A DNA stretch of 58,252 nucleotides, filler included, from Sphacelaria rigidula (lineage: Eukaryota), in NCBI GenBank assembly GCA_964200075.2. It is 9 parts of 9 records of this genome, joined end to end, with 100 filler letters (N's around TTAATTAATTAA, not from the genome) between each part and the next. Parts side by side here need not be neighbours in the genome. Positions count along the whole stretch, not along the records: positions 6,485 to 12,868 come from CAXNAA020020416.1; positions 12,969 to 19,352 come from CAXNAA020020417.1; positions 19,453 to 25,836 come from CAXNAA020020418.1; 6 more parts are not named here. One strand, 5' to 3'. Below are positions 12,796 to 25,827 of the stretch, piece after piece; the stretch's first letter is position 1, and each line of letters opens with the position of its first letter. The position numbers and the translations under genes were made by a program. Under the pieces are notes generated by a model, which saw nothing but the letters and a program-made list of their open reading frames with translations, was not told where the DNA came from and did no database searches.

Positions 12796-13634
12796 TTTTT
12801 TTTTATTAACCAAAAATATTTTATATGTTTCTTGTTGTTTTTTTTGATACCGCTGGGGACGAGCAGGGNNNNNNNNNNNNNNNNNNNNNNNNNNNNNNNN
12901 NNNNNNNNNNNNTTAATTAATTAANNNNNNNNNNNNNNNNNNNNNNNNNNNNNNNNNNNNNNNNNNNNAGAGATTTTAGTATTGGCGCTATCTCCGTAAG
13001 GTATAGGAATTACTAGATATAGGGTTTAATCAACGAGAAAATATGGGCCCAAACTTCTGAGCAGATGGACACCTTCCCCTTGATTAGACGATTAATACCA
13101 TATGCGAATCACGGCCCAACTCGTCTGAGTCAATGAGATATTGCTTTTAGAGCTTAAATCCGTTTTTAGGCTGGCCCAGCTCGTACAGCGTGGTGACAAC
13201 GTTCCTCATGAACCGCCTGCAATTCCACAGGTGGTGCTAGATCACGCAGCCAGTATGCAGCAGACATGCAAACTTGTACTGGAATATAGTAGTGTAATGT
13301 GAGGCAGTTCACCGGCCCGGAGATTATTTGAGAAGACCTCTACAGCATCTTCCGCAATTGCCATCAAACCACTCCCCCGTCCTTTCCGCTCGAACTGTGA
13401 TGGGGTTATCCATCGTACACACCCCCTCTCTGATCAGAGATACACCAGAAACCCGACCAACTTCCAACGGTGGGAATCGGTATCGTTTTCACATGAAAAA
13501 TGACTGTTAGTTCAGATGTGCATCTGCGGGTGGTCCAAGAATCGAGTGTTGAGGGGGAGATACCACTTTTTTAGCTGGCGCAATGTGACAGGAACAACTG
13601 TTGTTGAACTGTCTGTGATGCAACTTTTCACAGG

Positions 13635-13898
13635 CACCGTGGTAAGGTAGGTACCTGGTACCGGTATTTGGGACATCTCATACCCTACCAATACCGGTCC
13701 AATCGGGTATTTCGAGATGTCAATACTTACCGTACCCGCTCCATCGGGTATTTTCAAAACTCATTTCTACAGTACCCACGATACCACGGTATTTCGAGAT
13801 TTCAATACCTTCCGTACCCGCCCAATCGGGTATTTTCAAATGTTGTACCTACGATACCTACGATACCCACGTATACCACCGAATGGGAAACCCCGGTG
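13635..13898. mobile_element. Probable MITE with short TIR (CACCGTGG...CCCCGGTG) and internal GGTAT/ATACC subrepeats
   Basis: Internal duplication GGTATTTCGAGAT.TCAATAC.T.CCGTACCCGC...ATCGGGTATTTTCAAA (13706-13760 and 13788-13841). No clear TSD. Confidence 0.55.
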
Positions 13899-16051
13899 AA
13901 TACCTGACGCGATGCACTCCCCAGAGTGCAGCAGCTGGTCCCAACTGACGCAAAGGCCAGAAGTTGTCGGAGCAGATACGTCTTGTTTTCACAAGTAATA
14001 TGTACCCAGATACCCCCTGATCTTCGTGTTTGGATCAAATCGAATTAATTCATTATTATGTAATCTGAAATGCGGTCTATTTTTTTTCTTGGTCGTATCT
14101 GATAGGTCCACCGCATTTCTGTTCTTAGAAGGCGTCACCTCAAAATTTTAATTAGTGGCGCGCGGAGAAAAGTGCAAAACAATACTGTAAAGCTACAGGC
14201 TGGGCCAGCCTACAAGCGGATTTGTACTTTGCAGGCGAATTCGCAATTTTTTTCTTGGAGTTGGAAAGTGAAAAATTATATTGACAATCAACAGGGCATG
14301 AAGAAAAGCTGCCTGTATATCGAGAAAATGGACCGACCAACTACACAATCAGTTGAATGTTGAATGCAGAGAAAATGTAACCCAAATGAGCCAATCAGTG
14401 TCAATCACAAGTACACGCGTCACTCGAAATGACGAGCACGCTCATACAAAATGTACTATTACTATAGTATACTCTACAACAAACCTGTGACTGACGTTGC
14501 TGTACACCTGTACACAGGGTTACAACAACAGGAGGATAGAACCTGCTGCTCGTGTTGTTGTGCCCCTCTTGTTGCAGTATGTTGTTGTCCTCATCTTTCA
14601 ACGCAATTTTCTCGGCAACGGAGCAGAGGATTGGACTGCGATTTGATGCGTGCGCTTCCCACACACCAGAACTAATCAGTGTAACGGCGAATTTCCGTAA
14701 CGCGTGTCGCAGAGGCCGCAGCACTTTGCAAACCGCTCCACCGAACACAAAATATACTAAAAAACGCGTTTCCTTTAGCGTTCTGGGGCTTTTCGCGTCC
14801 GCTGTGGCGAATTGAGCAACTCCGCCGCTATACTGCCTAGGTGTAGTGTGTGGGGCGGGCTGTGAAGTACCACAGGCAGGTTTGCTTCCTGTCTCGAGAA
14901 AAACCCGATTACAAAGTTACAGCTGTCGCATACTAAACCTAGGTAACTTGGGATGGAGCGTGTGTTCTGTTCCGCACAGGTTCGGCAGACGTCTGACAGA
15001 CAGATCCGGGCCGGCTCATATGGGGCATAGATCGTGACCTGTCCAAGATATGCTGTCAACTGTGCACGTTTGTCTGATGGTGATCTGTAGGACCCGCTTG
15101 ACCCGTACATGCTACATGAAAGCCTGCTTTACTTCCTAGCGTTCTTTCGTGTGCTCTTAGCGTCAAGCGCCGTGACGGAACGAAACTTGGACCTCCTTCA
15201 CTCCGGTGGCAGTAGCAGAAGTGGTGGGGGAAAAGGGGTTGTGATTTGCGTAGATGAGACGTATGTTCAGGTGTGCCAGCGGCAGTACGGACAACTCTCT
15301 TCGTATTTCGTCCTTCAGGGTGCGCACTCATGCGCGGCGGGGAAAAGAAGAAATGGGATGTTGCTATATGCTCAATTCAGTTATCATGACGCTGTTCAAC
15401 TAGCGTCTGACAAAATTTACCCGGGAAGAGTCCTCAATGTGTACACTGCCGGCGTTGATGAAGCGCGGGCACCTCCCGCAAGCCTGCTCGACGATCAGCC
15501 GTATGACCTGTGCGATCTGTGGTTGATCTGTATAAATATGACCCGTTTAACCTATACACAATTCTCGGTTGGTGACCTGTATGGCATTGTGAGTTCTACA
15601 AGTCCGCTTCATGGCGATCTGTATGACCCGAGAATTCGTACGAACCTACCATTGTTGATTTGTATCTTCTTTCGATATGTACATCATCTCCTTGGACACA
15701 CCTGCGTACTCCGAATCAGGCGTCTTGCAACGCCAATAGCAACCTGTGTACCCTCATAACCCGTACAGGATACCTCCCTCGTGATCGATGATACCCGGAT
15801 CACGAATACCTTCCTGTAACTGGTTGCACTGTGTCATTTGAATCGTGCAGACAAGTGTGCTCACACTTGACCTGTATGACCCAAGTGACACAGATAATGA
15901 TGTGTCCGACGTGTGACTGCGCTACAAAATGTAGCAGACCTGGTGAATATTTGAATTAGTTCACTTGAAATCAGGACATGCGTTATATAATTTGACCCGT
16001 ATCTGTGAACCCACCGCCGTTGAGTCACTCGGCACCAGATGTTTGATTATT

Positions 16052-16105
16052 ATTACTATATCCGTCACATTTGCTCGATCTCTCGAACTCGTGGTCACAG
16101 AGTGG
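16052..16105 (-). mobile_element. Non-LTR/SINE 3'-tail motif followed by (AAT)n
   Basis: Reverse complement CTCTGTGACCACGAGTTCGAGAGATCGAGCAAATGTGACG...AATAATAAT, also at 19628-19680 (+), 20492-20548 (+) and 57440-57485 (-). Confidence 0.7.
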
Positions 16106-16165
16106 AACGAACATACCATCCATACAGGCTGGTTCAGGCTTATCACCCAAAAAATACTCATCGGC

Positions 16166-16444
16166 AAAACCTCACGCCGTTTCAAGGATTTTGACCCTGA
16201 AATTTTGCATATTCTAGTGGGCATTACGCAAATTTCGAAGGTAGTGCATTATTCGACTTCTTGACTTTTTTCGCCGTTTTTCAGGGGTCTCAGTTTAATC
16301 GGGGAAACATCGATCCAATCGGACTTCCGTGAAACGGTCAAGAAAAAAACTCGAAAAACCTCGTTCATCCAAGGTTGCGTCATGACCCATAGTACAGTTG
16401 TGCATAATTTCAGAGTCTAACTCCTTAAAACGGCGTGAGGTTTT
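16166..16444. mobile_element. MITE-like palindrome
   Basis: AAAACCTCACGCCGTTTCAAGGA ... TCCTTAAAACGGCGTGAGGTTTT, with inverted similarity extending ~60 bp inward. Confidence 0.75.
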
Positions 16445-17812
16445 TTGCTTTTGTGCAATGAACTTTAACGTGCCGCGGTGAAACCGCAAACTACTTGATG
16501 TCCTTCGTTGAGGTGAACATGAAAATTCAAGAGTTCCCTGATCGAGTTTTGCGACGAAAAATTGTGGGGGCCTTCCTTGGGTGATGCGGCGACAGCGCGC
16601 TCACGAAAAAATGAAATATATGTACGGTTGTGTCGGTTTTCAGGGTTCCCAGAATGGAGACTACTTCGAAAACGACGTGTATCCCGTCGGACCCCCGAAA
16701 ATTGGCGAAAAACAAAACATTTACACGAAGAAAGGCATCTACACTATGACAGAATCCATACAAGGACGATTGAACCACAGGAGACTTACTGGAAGCTAAG
16801 AAGTTCCGGTATGCGACGTGCGACCTATCCGACTGCCTTGCCAGGTACTGGTGTCTACAGAGTAGTAACAGCGATTAAGCCCGTAATCGATGAAGAGCAG
16901 GTTTCACGCGTGGACGGCGACCCCCCCGCAGGTGGAGTGAGATGGACTATGCGACATTTGAAGTTCATAATAGCTCTTTTCCGGCTACACAAACTGGCTT
17001 TTTTTTTGTCACATTCATGCGGATGTTGGGCATCTATATATATAGTCCCGGAGAACCCCTGACCGGTTTTGACCGTGCACTCGATCGCGTGCAGTCAGCA
17101 CGTGCGCTGTAAGTCTTCGCTGAATACAACGTGTAGAAGCAGTCAGCGTGCCATCGCTCTCCACTAAACACAATCTACTGCATACCGCTGATGTCTCGTC
17201 TGCTTAGTGTTCCATAACAACAGTACAGTAGTATGACGCTATGCTGGCAAAGCATGAGGGGTCAGGCAGGCGGCACAGACCACGAGCAGAGTAAAAAGCA
17301 TATTATTTGTGTCTATGTGATCTACATGTGATCTACATGTGATCTATGATTGCATTGTCGTGACCACAAAGAGAAATGCGGCTGGACAGCGATGTAGTCC
17401 ATCTGTGTGGGAACAAAATGACCATTTTGATGGCCGTGGTTGGTCAGAATGGTCATTCCACTCCTCTCGGGCCTCGTCGCTGGCTTATTGTTTTGTCTGG
17501 GAAACTCCCGAACACACCTGGTTGAATTGATGAGCTTTTAGGCTGTTCGGCAAACATGCCCGCCACCCCCCCGGCCGCGCCCCCCCCCCCCCCGATCCTC
17601 GGTTAGCCACCCACGCCGGCGAACCAAGCGCGCCCGCCCCNNNNNNNNNNCCCCCCCCCCCGGGTTAAAGCAACACCCAACAAAGGCAACAACCAAATGG
17701 TCCCCCCCCCCCCCCCCCCGCCCCCTGGAAATCCCCGGATGTCCCTGAACTGTCAGCCTGTGAAACTGTTCCAAGGCGATGCTAGCTGTCGAAGGGTTAA
17801 GAGTGGGCCCCA

Positions 17813-17910
17813 GGGGGGTACTCATGATCATGCATACCATAGTCATAAGACCATTGACCTCGCATCCCTACAAAGTCGGGACGGAGCACGCCGGGTTTCG
17901 CCGGACCAGG
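17813..17910 (-). repeat. Dispersed A/B module repeat, variant B
   Basis: GGGGGGTACTCATGATCATGCATACCATAGTCATAAGACCATTGACCTCGCATCCCTACAAAGTCGGGACGGAGCACGCCGGG. Confidence 0.9.
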
Positions 17911-19244
17911 CTCGTGGCCCCCATGGGGCGATGGTGTCTCTTGTCATGTTGATGTATTTCTACCAACGATATCCTGTTGCCTAGGGTTCCGGAGTTGGCT
18001 GCACAGATACGAGTGTTCCGGGCCTCTCAAACAGCCTCGGTTGGATGTGCTTCTGTAACAACTTTGTCCCGTATTCATATCATAGGAGTAAAATATCTGC
18101 ACACATGATACAGTCGCCTGCGCATCGCCTCCCCCTCTGATGCGCCTCGAGTCCCTCTTGAAGAGATCACGGCGAACATTCGGGAAAATGATATTTCTAG
18201 GAGCCTACTCTGCATCTGTTTCTGAGATATTTTCATGCTGGCCTGTAGTTGAACGCGTCATATCCTCCACACCGGGTGTTGAGCAACACTTACCGGTGAA
18301 TTTTATCGACGTCCTTCTACAGGCTCATGTAAAGATATGTTGGGAAACTTTGGACTTCCTCGATTTTTCATGCAAGGTTTCATCCGGTGACTTGGCATCG
18401 GGTCAAAGATCTGCACAGATTGCCGTATACCTATGGCACGCCAGTATAAGCTCCGCTGAATGACTTGCAGTGCAGTGGAACTTGTGGCGACTACCGCGAT
18501 ATAGGGTACCGGGGAAGGGCTAATATCAGATACAACGGTGGTGTATGTGCCTCACTTATCCTCGAAGTGTTTTACTCAGAGTCGAAAAAACTTTCACGGC
18601 TATCCTTGTCAGCAAGGTCCCATTTTGCTGATAAGATCTTCACCGGTGACGTGTTGTATGTCGTCCAATCTGTCTTGATATTACATGCATCGTGACTACA
18701 TTTTCGTCCTGTTTTTTTGTTTCTCTGTGCTGCCACGATACTATATACCCGTCCGCGCTATTTTTCTCGTATTTTGAGACGGTGGGTCAGGTTGGATCGC
18801 GTCGCTCAACTTTTGTTCAATTTTTCACCCGCCCATGAGGTGTTGACGTTGTGGTACCTCTTCTGTTCGATACTCCAGATCCATTAATAGATCGTAGGCT
18901 TTGAGGCGGAGACGGTATTTGCAGTTCCGATTGCTTTCCTGCCTGGGCCCCGTCTATGGCTTCTTACCACTGTATCAATGATGTAACGCTCTATTTTTTT
19001 GCTTTCGAACGGGGAACTAGTAAAAGTAACAAACTATTGCTTGTTTGCCATGCAGAGCACGATAAGTCAGAATACACAAGGTGGCGCATGTTCGTCAAGT
19101 CAATACTCCGAGCTGCAGTGGGAACAGTACATCCAGCACTTTATAGCACAGGGTGAATATCCAATAATCCGGTTCTCCAGTGTACGTGTGGCTCATTTCA
19201 GTACCTCACCGCCGAAGAGCACTTGAGAGCCATGCCACGATAGA

Positions 19245-19322
19245 GGGGGGGTGCGTACTCATTTGTTGGTTGCCTTAGTCGTTCGACCATTGGCCACGCA
19301 TCCCTTTCGAGACGGAGCAACG
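19245..19322 (-). repeat. Dispersed A/B module repeat, variant A
   Basis: GTACTCATTTGTTGGTTGCCTTAGTCGTTCGACCATTGGCCACGCATCCCTTTCGAGACGGAGCA. Confidence 0.9.
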
Positions 19323-20204
19323 TTCCTACTCCTAATAGAGGTGGGAGGGGGGNNNNNNNNNNNNNNNNNNNNNNNNNNNNNNNNNNNNNNNNNNNNTTAA
19401 TTAATTAANNNNNNNNNNNNNNNNNNNNNNNNNNNNNNNNNNNNNNNNNNNNGTGAATTTGGTGATTTCGAGTCGTGATGATTTGTCCTAACCGTGGTAT
19501 GTTGGTATATGGACTTGTCGTTGGCTTGTCGGTCACCCGTGGGTCTGAAATAGTTTTGACACGTCGAAAAGACCGCGATGATGCCACGTGATAAGAAATA
19601 GTAGCGACTTTTCTTGAAAAGCGACCCTACCTCTGTGACTGCGGGTTCGAGAGATGGAGCTAATGCGCGGAAATAAAAATGATCATGGTTTTCATGATCA
19701 CTACGGTACGTCGATTCACTTTACCATGCCACGTTAAAGGTGAAGTCGGAAGCCTAACCGCAATAAAATCAACGTGAACGAATTGGCACCTTGGTTACCC
19801 GAGGAATGAATGTAAGCGCAGTTGAGATGAAGCCACGGGTTACAACATTCAGGGAAGGGGGTGGGGGGGGGAGGGGGGAGGGGCACTGCATTATCAATTG
19901 TGTGAGGCTAGTAGTGTGACGAGCCGCACTGTGTCTGGGGCAGGTTTTCACGCTGCTCTTGAAAGGTCGGCCGACGTTGACCGCGAGTCAGAGAAGTAAG
20001 CCTGACGTCGGTTGAAATTCCCCCCCCTCTGTGTGAAGGCCCTCAGTCACTGGGAGTACGCCATGTCTGTTGTTTGCAGATCGGGACGCGCAATCTCTCC
20101 CTTGGGCTCGGGTGATATCTTAAACTCGCAAGATTAGTCACCACGGCTGGAAAGGTCGATTGATACCTTCGGTCTTACGTCCGTTTTTTCACGCTCAAAC
20201 GGTC

Positions 20205-20288
20205 TACATACATATATACATACATACATACATACATACATACATACATACATACATACATACATACATACATACATACATACATACA
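20205..20288. repeat. (CATA)n microsatellite
   Basis: About 20 tandem CATA units. Confidence 0.95.
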
Positions 20289-20289
20289 C

Positions 20290-20586
20290 CTGAGGTTATG
20301 GGAGAATGAAGGTGCTTGGCCCTTTGACTGTCAGAGTTGGTAATCTGGGCCGTAGACTAGTCTTTCAAGACCACGCTGATTCAAGGGATGACCTACCTAC
20401 CCTGGCGGTCAAAAGGGTTGAAGAGTGACAAGGAACAATGAGGCCTCGATCTCTTGTAAGGAATAGCAGGGGCGGTATTGGAAAGACGAGCCTACCTCTA
20501 TGACCACGGGTTCGAGAGATCGAGCTAGTGTGTGGGAATAATAATAATGTATATATATTGATGATGATGATGATGATGATGATGAT
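20290..20586 (+). mobile_element. SINE/LINE-derived 3' fragment ending in the shared tail motif and (AAT)n/(GAT)n
   Basis: CTACCTCTATGACCACGGGTTCGAGAGATCGAGCTAGTGTG followed by simple repeats. Confidence 0.55.
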
Positions 20587-21293
20587 CAGACGGAGAAGAT
20601 TGATGACTCGACCGGGATTCCCCCACCCCCATCCCAGTAGGACTCCCCAACCGCCGTCGCCCATTTTTATGGTTGATAAAACACTTGGTTTCAACATGGA
20701 CTATGAATTCGGATATTTTGGAGGGCGGGCTGACGGTCCCGGATGCTTCTTTTCGCTGACGTGTGCAAGTAGGCGTTTTTTTTTTTGACGAGGTGTAGAG
20801 CAAGCATGTATCAACCATTGGAATTTGGTGACGGGTTGTAGAAAAATATGAGTCTTGTTCACACACTGTACAACTATCCGTGACAACCAATACACCAGAA
20901 TTTCGAGTTACTTGGTAACTGGGGGAAAAAGGTACATACTCCGGTATTAATAATAGAACCGCGGGCCATAGCCACGGGGGCGAATTTTGCGCCATCTCAC
21001 ACGCTGCTGCGCGCAGCACACCAAGAGCCAGGCGGGTTTGAGCGCTATTTAGTTGTCTAAATAGTTGCAAGTATCTAGCTGACCGGCACATTATCGGCAA
21101 ATGAAGCTCATGTCAACTAGATAGTTGTACAGGGTGTGGTCTTGTCACACCAACAAATTCGTCACTCATCAGATTGAAATAATTTTGACGCACACGTATT
21201 GTACTTGTACTTTTTTGAAAGAAACAACAACTCAAAGCACATAAAATACGGTGAAGTGAACCCTTAGGCGAGGTGTGGGTTGGCAGAGCTTAA

Positions 21294-21392
21294 CCCCTTG
21301 GCCGCGAGGGTGGTTCATCTGGATCATACATACTTTTTGAAAAGTAACATTGACGTCGATTCAACAGATGACCCATGCCCACCGTGAAAGGA
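21294..21392. mobile_element. piggyBac-like MITE (degenerate)
   Basis: Flanked by TTAA on both sides (21290-21293 and 21393-21396), with imperfect TIRs CCCCTT...TCATCTG / CAGATGA...AAAGGA. Confidence 0.6.
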
Positions 21393-21702
21393 TTAACTCG
21401 GCGTCGAGTTGAGGCAAAGGGGTATTGCGCACGCCGGGGCGAGCGAGACCATCAGCAAGCCCTCGAAATATTCAAATATCATGGTCCACCCTGAAGCCGA
21501 GTTTATTCAAACCACAGTATTAGATCCACGGGTCCGCGTAACTTCTGATTGGTCGGGGTAAACGGACCCCCCCTCCCCCATCCTCTTTTTTTACAGAAAC
21601 AGGAAGAGGGTACATACTGTAAGATATCTTGAGGTTTTTTCTTTGGGGTATGGAAAAACATCATGAGCGCCCAAATGTTGGAGATACTTCTAGGAGTGGG
21701 AA

Positions 21703-21990
21703 CGGTGCTCCGTCTCGAAACGGATGTGTGGTTGATGGTGGAACAACTAAGGCAAGCAACACTTAAGTACCCATCCCTTCACCTCGTCCAGCGAGAATCC
21801 GGCGTGCTCCATCTCGGGTTTGTTTAGATGCGAAGTCAATGGCCATGTGACTACGGAATGCAAGATCATGAGTACACCCCCCCTCCATTTCAAGAATGTC
21901 GGTGTAATTTCAGGTGTGAGTTCGGCCTCAAACCGTCAGTTCGGGTAGGGTCTCCCCGGCGCAGGCTGTTGCTGAAGTCGCGTTCTAATT
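21703..21990 (+). repeat. A module + B module + downstream extension of the dispersed A/B element
   Basis: A at 21703-21771 and B at 21799-21885. The segment 21890-21985 resembles 2080-2185, which follows the contig-1 B copy. Confidence 0.75.
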
Positions 21991-22330
21991 AGTGTTCCAC
22001 TGTGTATAACCCCCCCCCTTCCAATCCGCCTCTGCCCACCTCCGCGAAGGATTGCCGATCATTTGTTATACCTGACCGTACCCTACGATACCCGATTTCT
22101 TCTAAATTGCGTGTGTCTATCTGTCTGTCTGTCTACGTGGGATCGATTTGTCCTTGCCCGGCGGTCCGGCTTGTTGGTGTCTTGACAACTCTCCGCTCAG
22201 AGGGAGCACGAGAAACTGGTGGACGAGATACAGGATCTTCAGAAGAACAACGCCGAAAAAGCAAAGGTGAATGGGAAAAAAAAGGACAAACGAAAAACAA
22301 GAAAGAAGGAAGAAAAAGGAAAAAGCTGTT

Positions 22331-22535
22331 CAGGGGCAGGTCGAGTAGAGTATTCTCATTTGCGGGGTATTTTGAAAGACGTACTTGAAGTACACAAATT
22401 GGGGGTAGAGGTTGGGGATCGCTTTCCAAATAGTTTTTGGGGCACGACTCCTAACACTCTACTCTAATTTGAGTACCTCAAGTACATCTTTCAAAATACC
22501 CCGCAATTGAGCACACTCTACTCGACCTGCCCGTG
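22331..22535. mobile_element. hAT-type MITE, 205 bp
   Basis: ~85-bp TIRs (CAGGGGCAGGTCGAGTAGAG / CTCTACTCGACCTGCCCGTG) and a perfect 8-bp TSD AAGCTGTT at 22323-22330 and 22536-22543. An 8-bp TSD with CAG ends is typical of hAT. Confidence 0.9.
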
Positions 22536-23149
22536 AAGCTGTTGTTGTTGTTGCGGTGGTGTTGCTGTTGCTGTTGGTGTCGCTGCTGTTATTGTCGTGG
22601 TCGTGGTTGCTGTTGCTGTTGTTGCTGCTGCTGCTGCTACTGCTACTGCTACTGAAAGAATAGATTCACCATCCAATGCACATGCATTTTTTGTATACAC
22701 CTTTTTTGTACATCGATCGGTTTGTCAGTATGTACCAAATCCCTTTTTCCTGCGACATAATTTTTTTTTGTTTCTTGTGGTTGTCCTCTCCGGTCCTTCT
22801 CCTTACGGGTAGGCCGAGGTTTCAATTTTTGTGTAGTCTGGTAGCCTGATGCCTCATGACCGAGTACCTGCCTGCCGCCCATCTAGACACGTATCATGAT
22901 GATTATGCGGCGGTTGCAGCGCCGTGGGTGCGGTACTACTCACTTCCCACCCGCGCGCTTGTGAATCGCGAACAGAAGATTATTAATCATGCTCCTTCTC
23001 AAGAGCAGCACTCCTCGCTTGTTGGCGCAGACACGCTCAGTTCATTTTGACGCCGGAGAAAAAATGTCGTCAGTCCGGGTGGGAGTTGAAATTTAACCAC
23101 GTTGGCCACAGGCCGTGCGATATTGGCATATATTTATTATGTTTGAGTG

Positions 23150-23557
23150 ATTAGTGAGTTAGCTAGCGTTAATTAGTTAGTTAGTTAGTTAGCTAGCTAG
23201 CGGATTGGTTCGTGAGATAGTCAGGCAGTCAATCAGTCAGTTGGTCGGTTTATTAGCTCGATCGAGCTAGTTGGTCAGTCCATGGTGAGTGGTTTGGTTC
23301 GTTGGTTTGTCCGTCTGTTCGTTACTTCGATAGTTCGTCCGTTAGTTGGTTTATCAGTTGGTTACTACAGTTAGTTATATAGTCAGGTACTTGGATAGTT
23401 CGTTCGTTTGATAATTAAATAGGTGGTTTATTCATTCGTTCGTTCGTTGGTTAGTTGGATAGTTCACCCGTTAGATATTTTGTTAGTTAAATACTTCAAT
23501 AGTTCGTTATCAAAGTTTGTTAGTTAGTCAGTTAGTTGGTTCGTTCGTTCGTTCGTT
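23150..23557. repeat. Degenerate (GTTA/GTTC/GTTG)n tetranucleotide array
   Basis: Visible 4-bp periodicity over ~400 bp. Confidence 0.8.
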
Positions 23558-23559
23558 AT

Positions 23560-23888
23560 CGTCACAATTGTCGCCCCTCCCCTTCCTCGGGACGAACCCG
23601 TGGTCTCAAAGGATCAAGTGCTCCCTGTCTTCCCTCGTGCACGCCCGACCGCATTTTGGTACGACATTAGCCCGGATTGATCGGGGACTAGGGACTCCCC
23701 CACCCCGTCGCTTCTCAAATAATCTATTTTTGCTACTCCTTACACCTTCACCTTCCGAACGACGGAAATGAGATTCTGCATCAGAAACAGACCTAACTGC
23801 GCCTCCCGGATTTCGAATCCTGAACCCTCCGTCCACCCCAACAGCTTCGTTTTGCACCAGTCAGATAACCGGGGCGCGGCAGCGGCCT
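23560..23888 (-). mobile_element. Degenerate tRNA-derived SINE
   Basis: The minus strand starts GCCGCGCCCCGGTTATCTGACTGG (box A-like) then GGATTCGAAATCC (box B-like). The 3' end carries part of the shared tail (GAACCCGTGGTC on +). Confidence 0.55.
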
Positions 23889-23904
23889 GATTGATTTTTT
23901 CATT

Positions 23905-23950
<46 letters not shown>

Positions 23951-23960
23951 CGAACTTTAT

Positions 23961-24068
23961 CCCTTTTGGAACCCATGGAAAATTCTTGTTTTTGTGAATC
24001 GGCAGCATCTTCAAGTCAAAATGATGCCGATTCACAAAAACAAGAATATTCCATGGGTTCCAAAAGGG
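23961..24068. mobile_element. piggyBac-like MITE, 108-bp near-perfect hairpin
   Basis: CCCTTTTGGAACCCATGGAAAATTCTTGTTTTTGTGAATCGGCA...TGCCGATTCACAAAAACAAGAATATTCCATGGGTTCCAAAAGGG, flanked by TTAT and TTAA. Confidence 0.85.
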
Positions 24069-25735
24069 TTAATTGACCTCGCAGCTCGCAGGGATCCAGC
24101 CGTGGTCACATATCAGACGTACCCAAGACAAAACAAAACTAAAATACTCGCTGAAGAAAAACGAGTAGAAAACAGTCAAACAGAACGACATAGTAGACTA
24201 AGACGTTAAAAAAGAAGAACGAGTGGGCTGTGTAGAACAAAACCATCCTGGACCGAAATAAGTGGCCGGCACGGACCAAGTGATGCGTAACGTATGTCCC
24301 ACCTTCATTTTTTCCTTTCAGGCGGTTTCGAGCGGGCGCAGCATTGCTGTGCTTTTTTTTTCCTCATTTTCATTTTCATTTTTGTTTTTTTCGGAGCTCA
24401 TTTTCATTTTTCCTTCGTATGAAGAACAAAATCCATTGTAATTTCAAAACAAGGAAAAGACGATGCGACAAATATAGTTCTTTTTCGCTTTCAGGGTGAA
24501 GATCAAGATACCCCAAAAATCGACCCGATTTGTCGTGGAAGAACCCCGGCTATCCCCGAGGGGAGAGGAGGGGGCGGGGGGGGCTGGATGCGTTTCAAAG
24601 CTATCCCCGGGGTCGTCCATCCCTTTTCTCTCTTTTTACCATCCTCTAAATGCCTCCAGTGTTTAATTCAATACCATATACGTTTCCAACACAGAGATTT
24701 CCGCAGTGTCTCATTGTAATTTATTCGTGAAATCGGCCACTTATCCCGGGCCATCCGTACCGCCTACTTCTGTCCAGAGTGGTACAGGAGTGGACCGTAT
24801 AACTATTCATTTTGGGGCATCTTGTGATTTCCTCGTTATTGGCGATTTTCTTGGGCTCTTTTCGCTTGCCACCGCTGATCACGTTGGAGATCTGAAGATA
24901 TTTGTATCCCCTCCACATGCCAAGAGAAAAAAAAAACGTTCGTACTCAACATTGAGTAACTTGCGGGCTGACCGGTCATCGGGGGCCTTGCCACGTTTCA
25001 GCCCATATTTTTACTCTTCGGTATTTTCGATCGATCGAGTCTGTCCCGATCATATTTGTGAAAAAAAAATGTACAGTTTTGTTTCTTTAATTTTACCTAC
25101 TCATTGCACTAGAGCCGAAAAACTGTGTTTCACAGACAAAAACATCCCGGGGTATTTACTCGTATCGCCCGATAACACCAACCAACACTGACTTGGGCGC
25201 TATGTTTCGAGGATGATCTGTTTGTTGTACCAAAATCTACCGACGCCAGCAAGCTCGGGTAGTATCGACGAGTAGTACGCGAGGAAAACCCGAAAACACC
25301 CCTGAATAGTTCGACCGCCCACTGTTGTATCATATACAGACAAGGGGGGAATGGGACGATACCTTGAACTTACAGAGTCACCGAAGGGGAAGTTTGAAAG
25401 TATGAAGAGAAAATATATATATATATATATATTTTTTTTTTATACCAGAAAACACCAGAAAATATTGATGGCGTGTGTTTTCATTACTATTCATGCTATG
25501 TTTTTCATGTTAGTATGTTCCTTTTAACGTTTACTGTTTATATATTTCATGCATGTTTTGGGGAGACGTTTTTTCTCTTGCAGTCTTATTCTGTTTGTTT
25601 TTCACTTCAGAATGTTCGTTTTCAAATTTCAGTATTACATTTGTATGTTGCACGTCTTTTCGGGAAGAATTATTGTCTATTTTTTTGTGCATCTTTTATT
25701 CCGTTTCTGTATCTTCACCTCACCCACTCCCCCCT

Positions 25736-25827
25736 GGCGTGCTCCGTCTCGAAAGGGATGCGTGGTCAATGGTCAAACGACTAAGGCAAGCAGCAAATGA
25801 GTACGCCTCCCCCCCTCCCCCCCCCCC
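25736..25827 (+). repeat. Dispersed A/B module repeat, variant A, at contig end
   Basis: GGCGTGCTCCGTCTCGAAAGGGATGCGTGGTCAATGGTCAAACGACTAAGGCAAGCAGCAAATGAGTACG-polyC. Confidence 0.9.
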
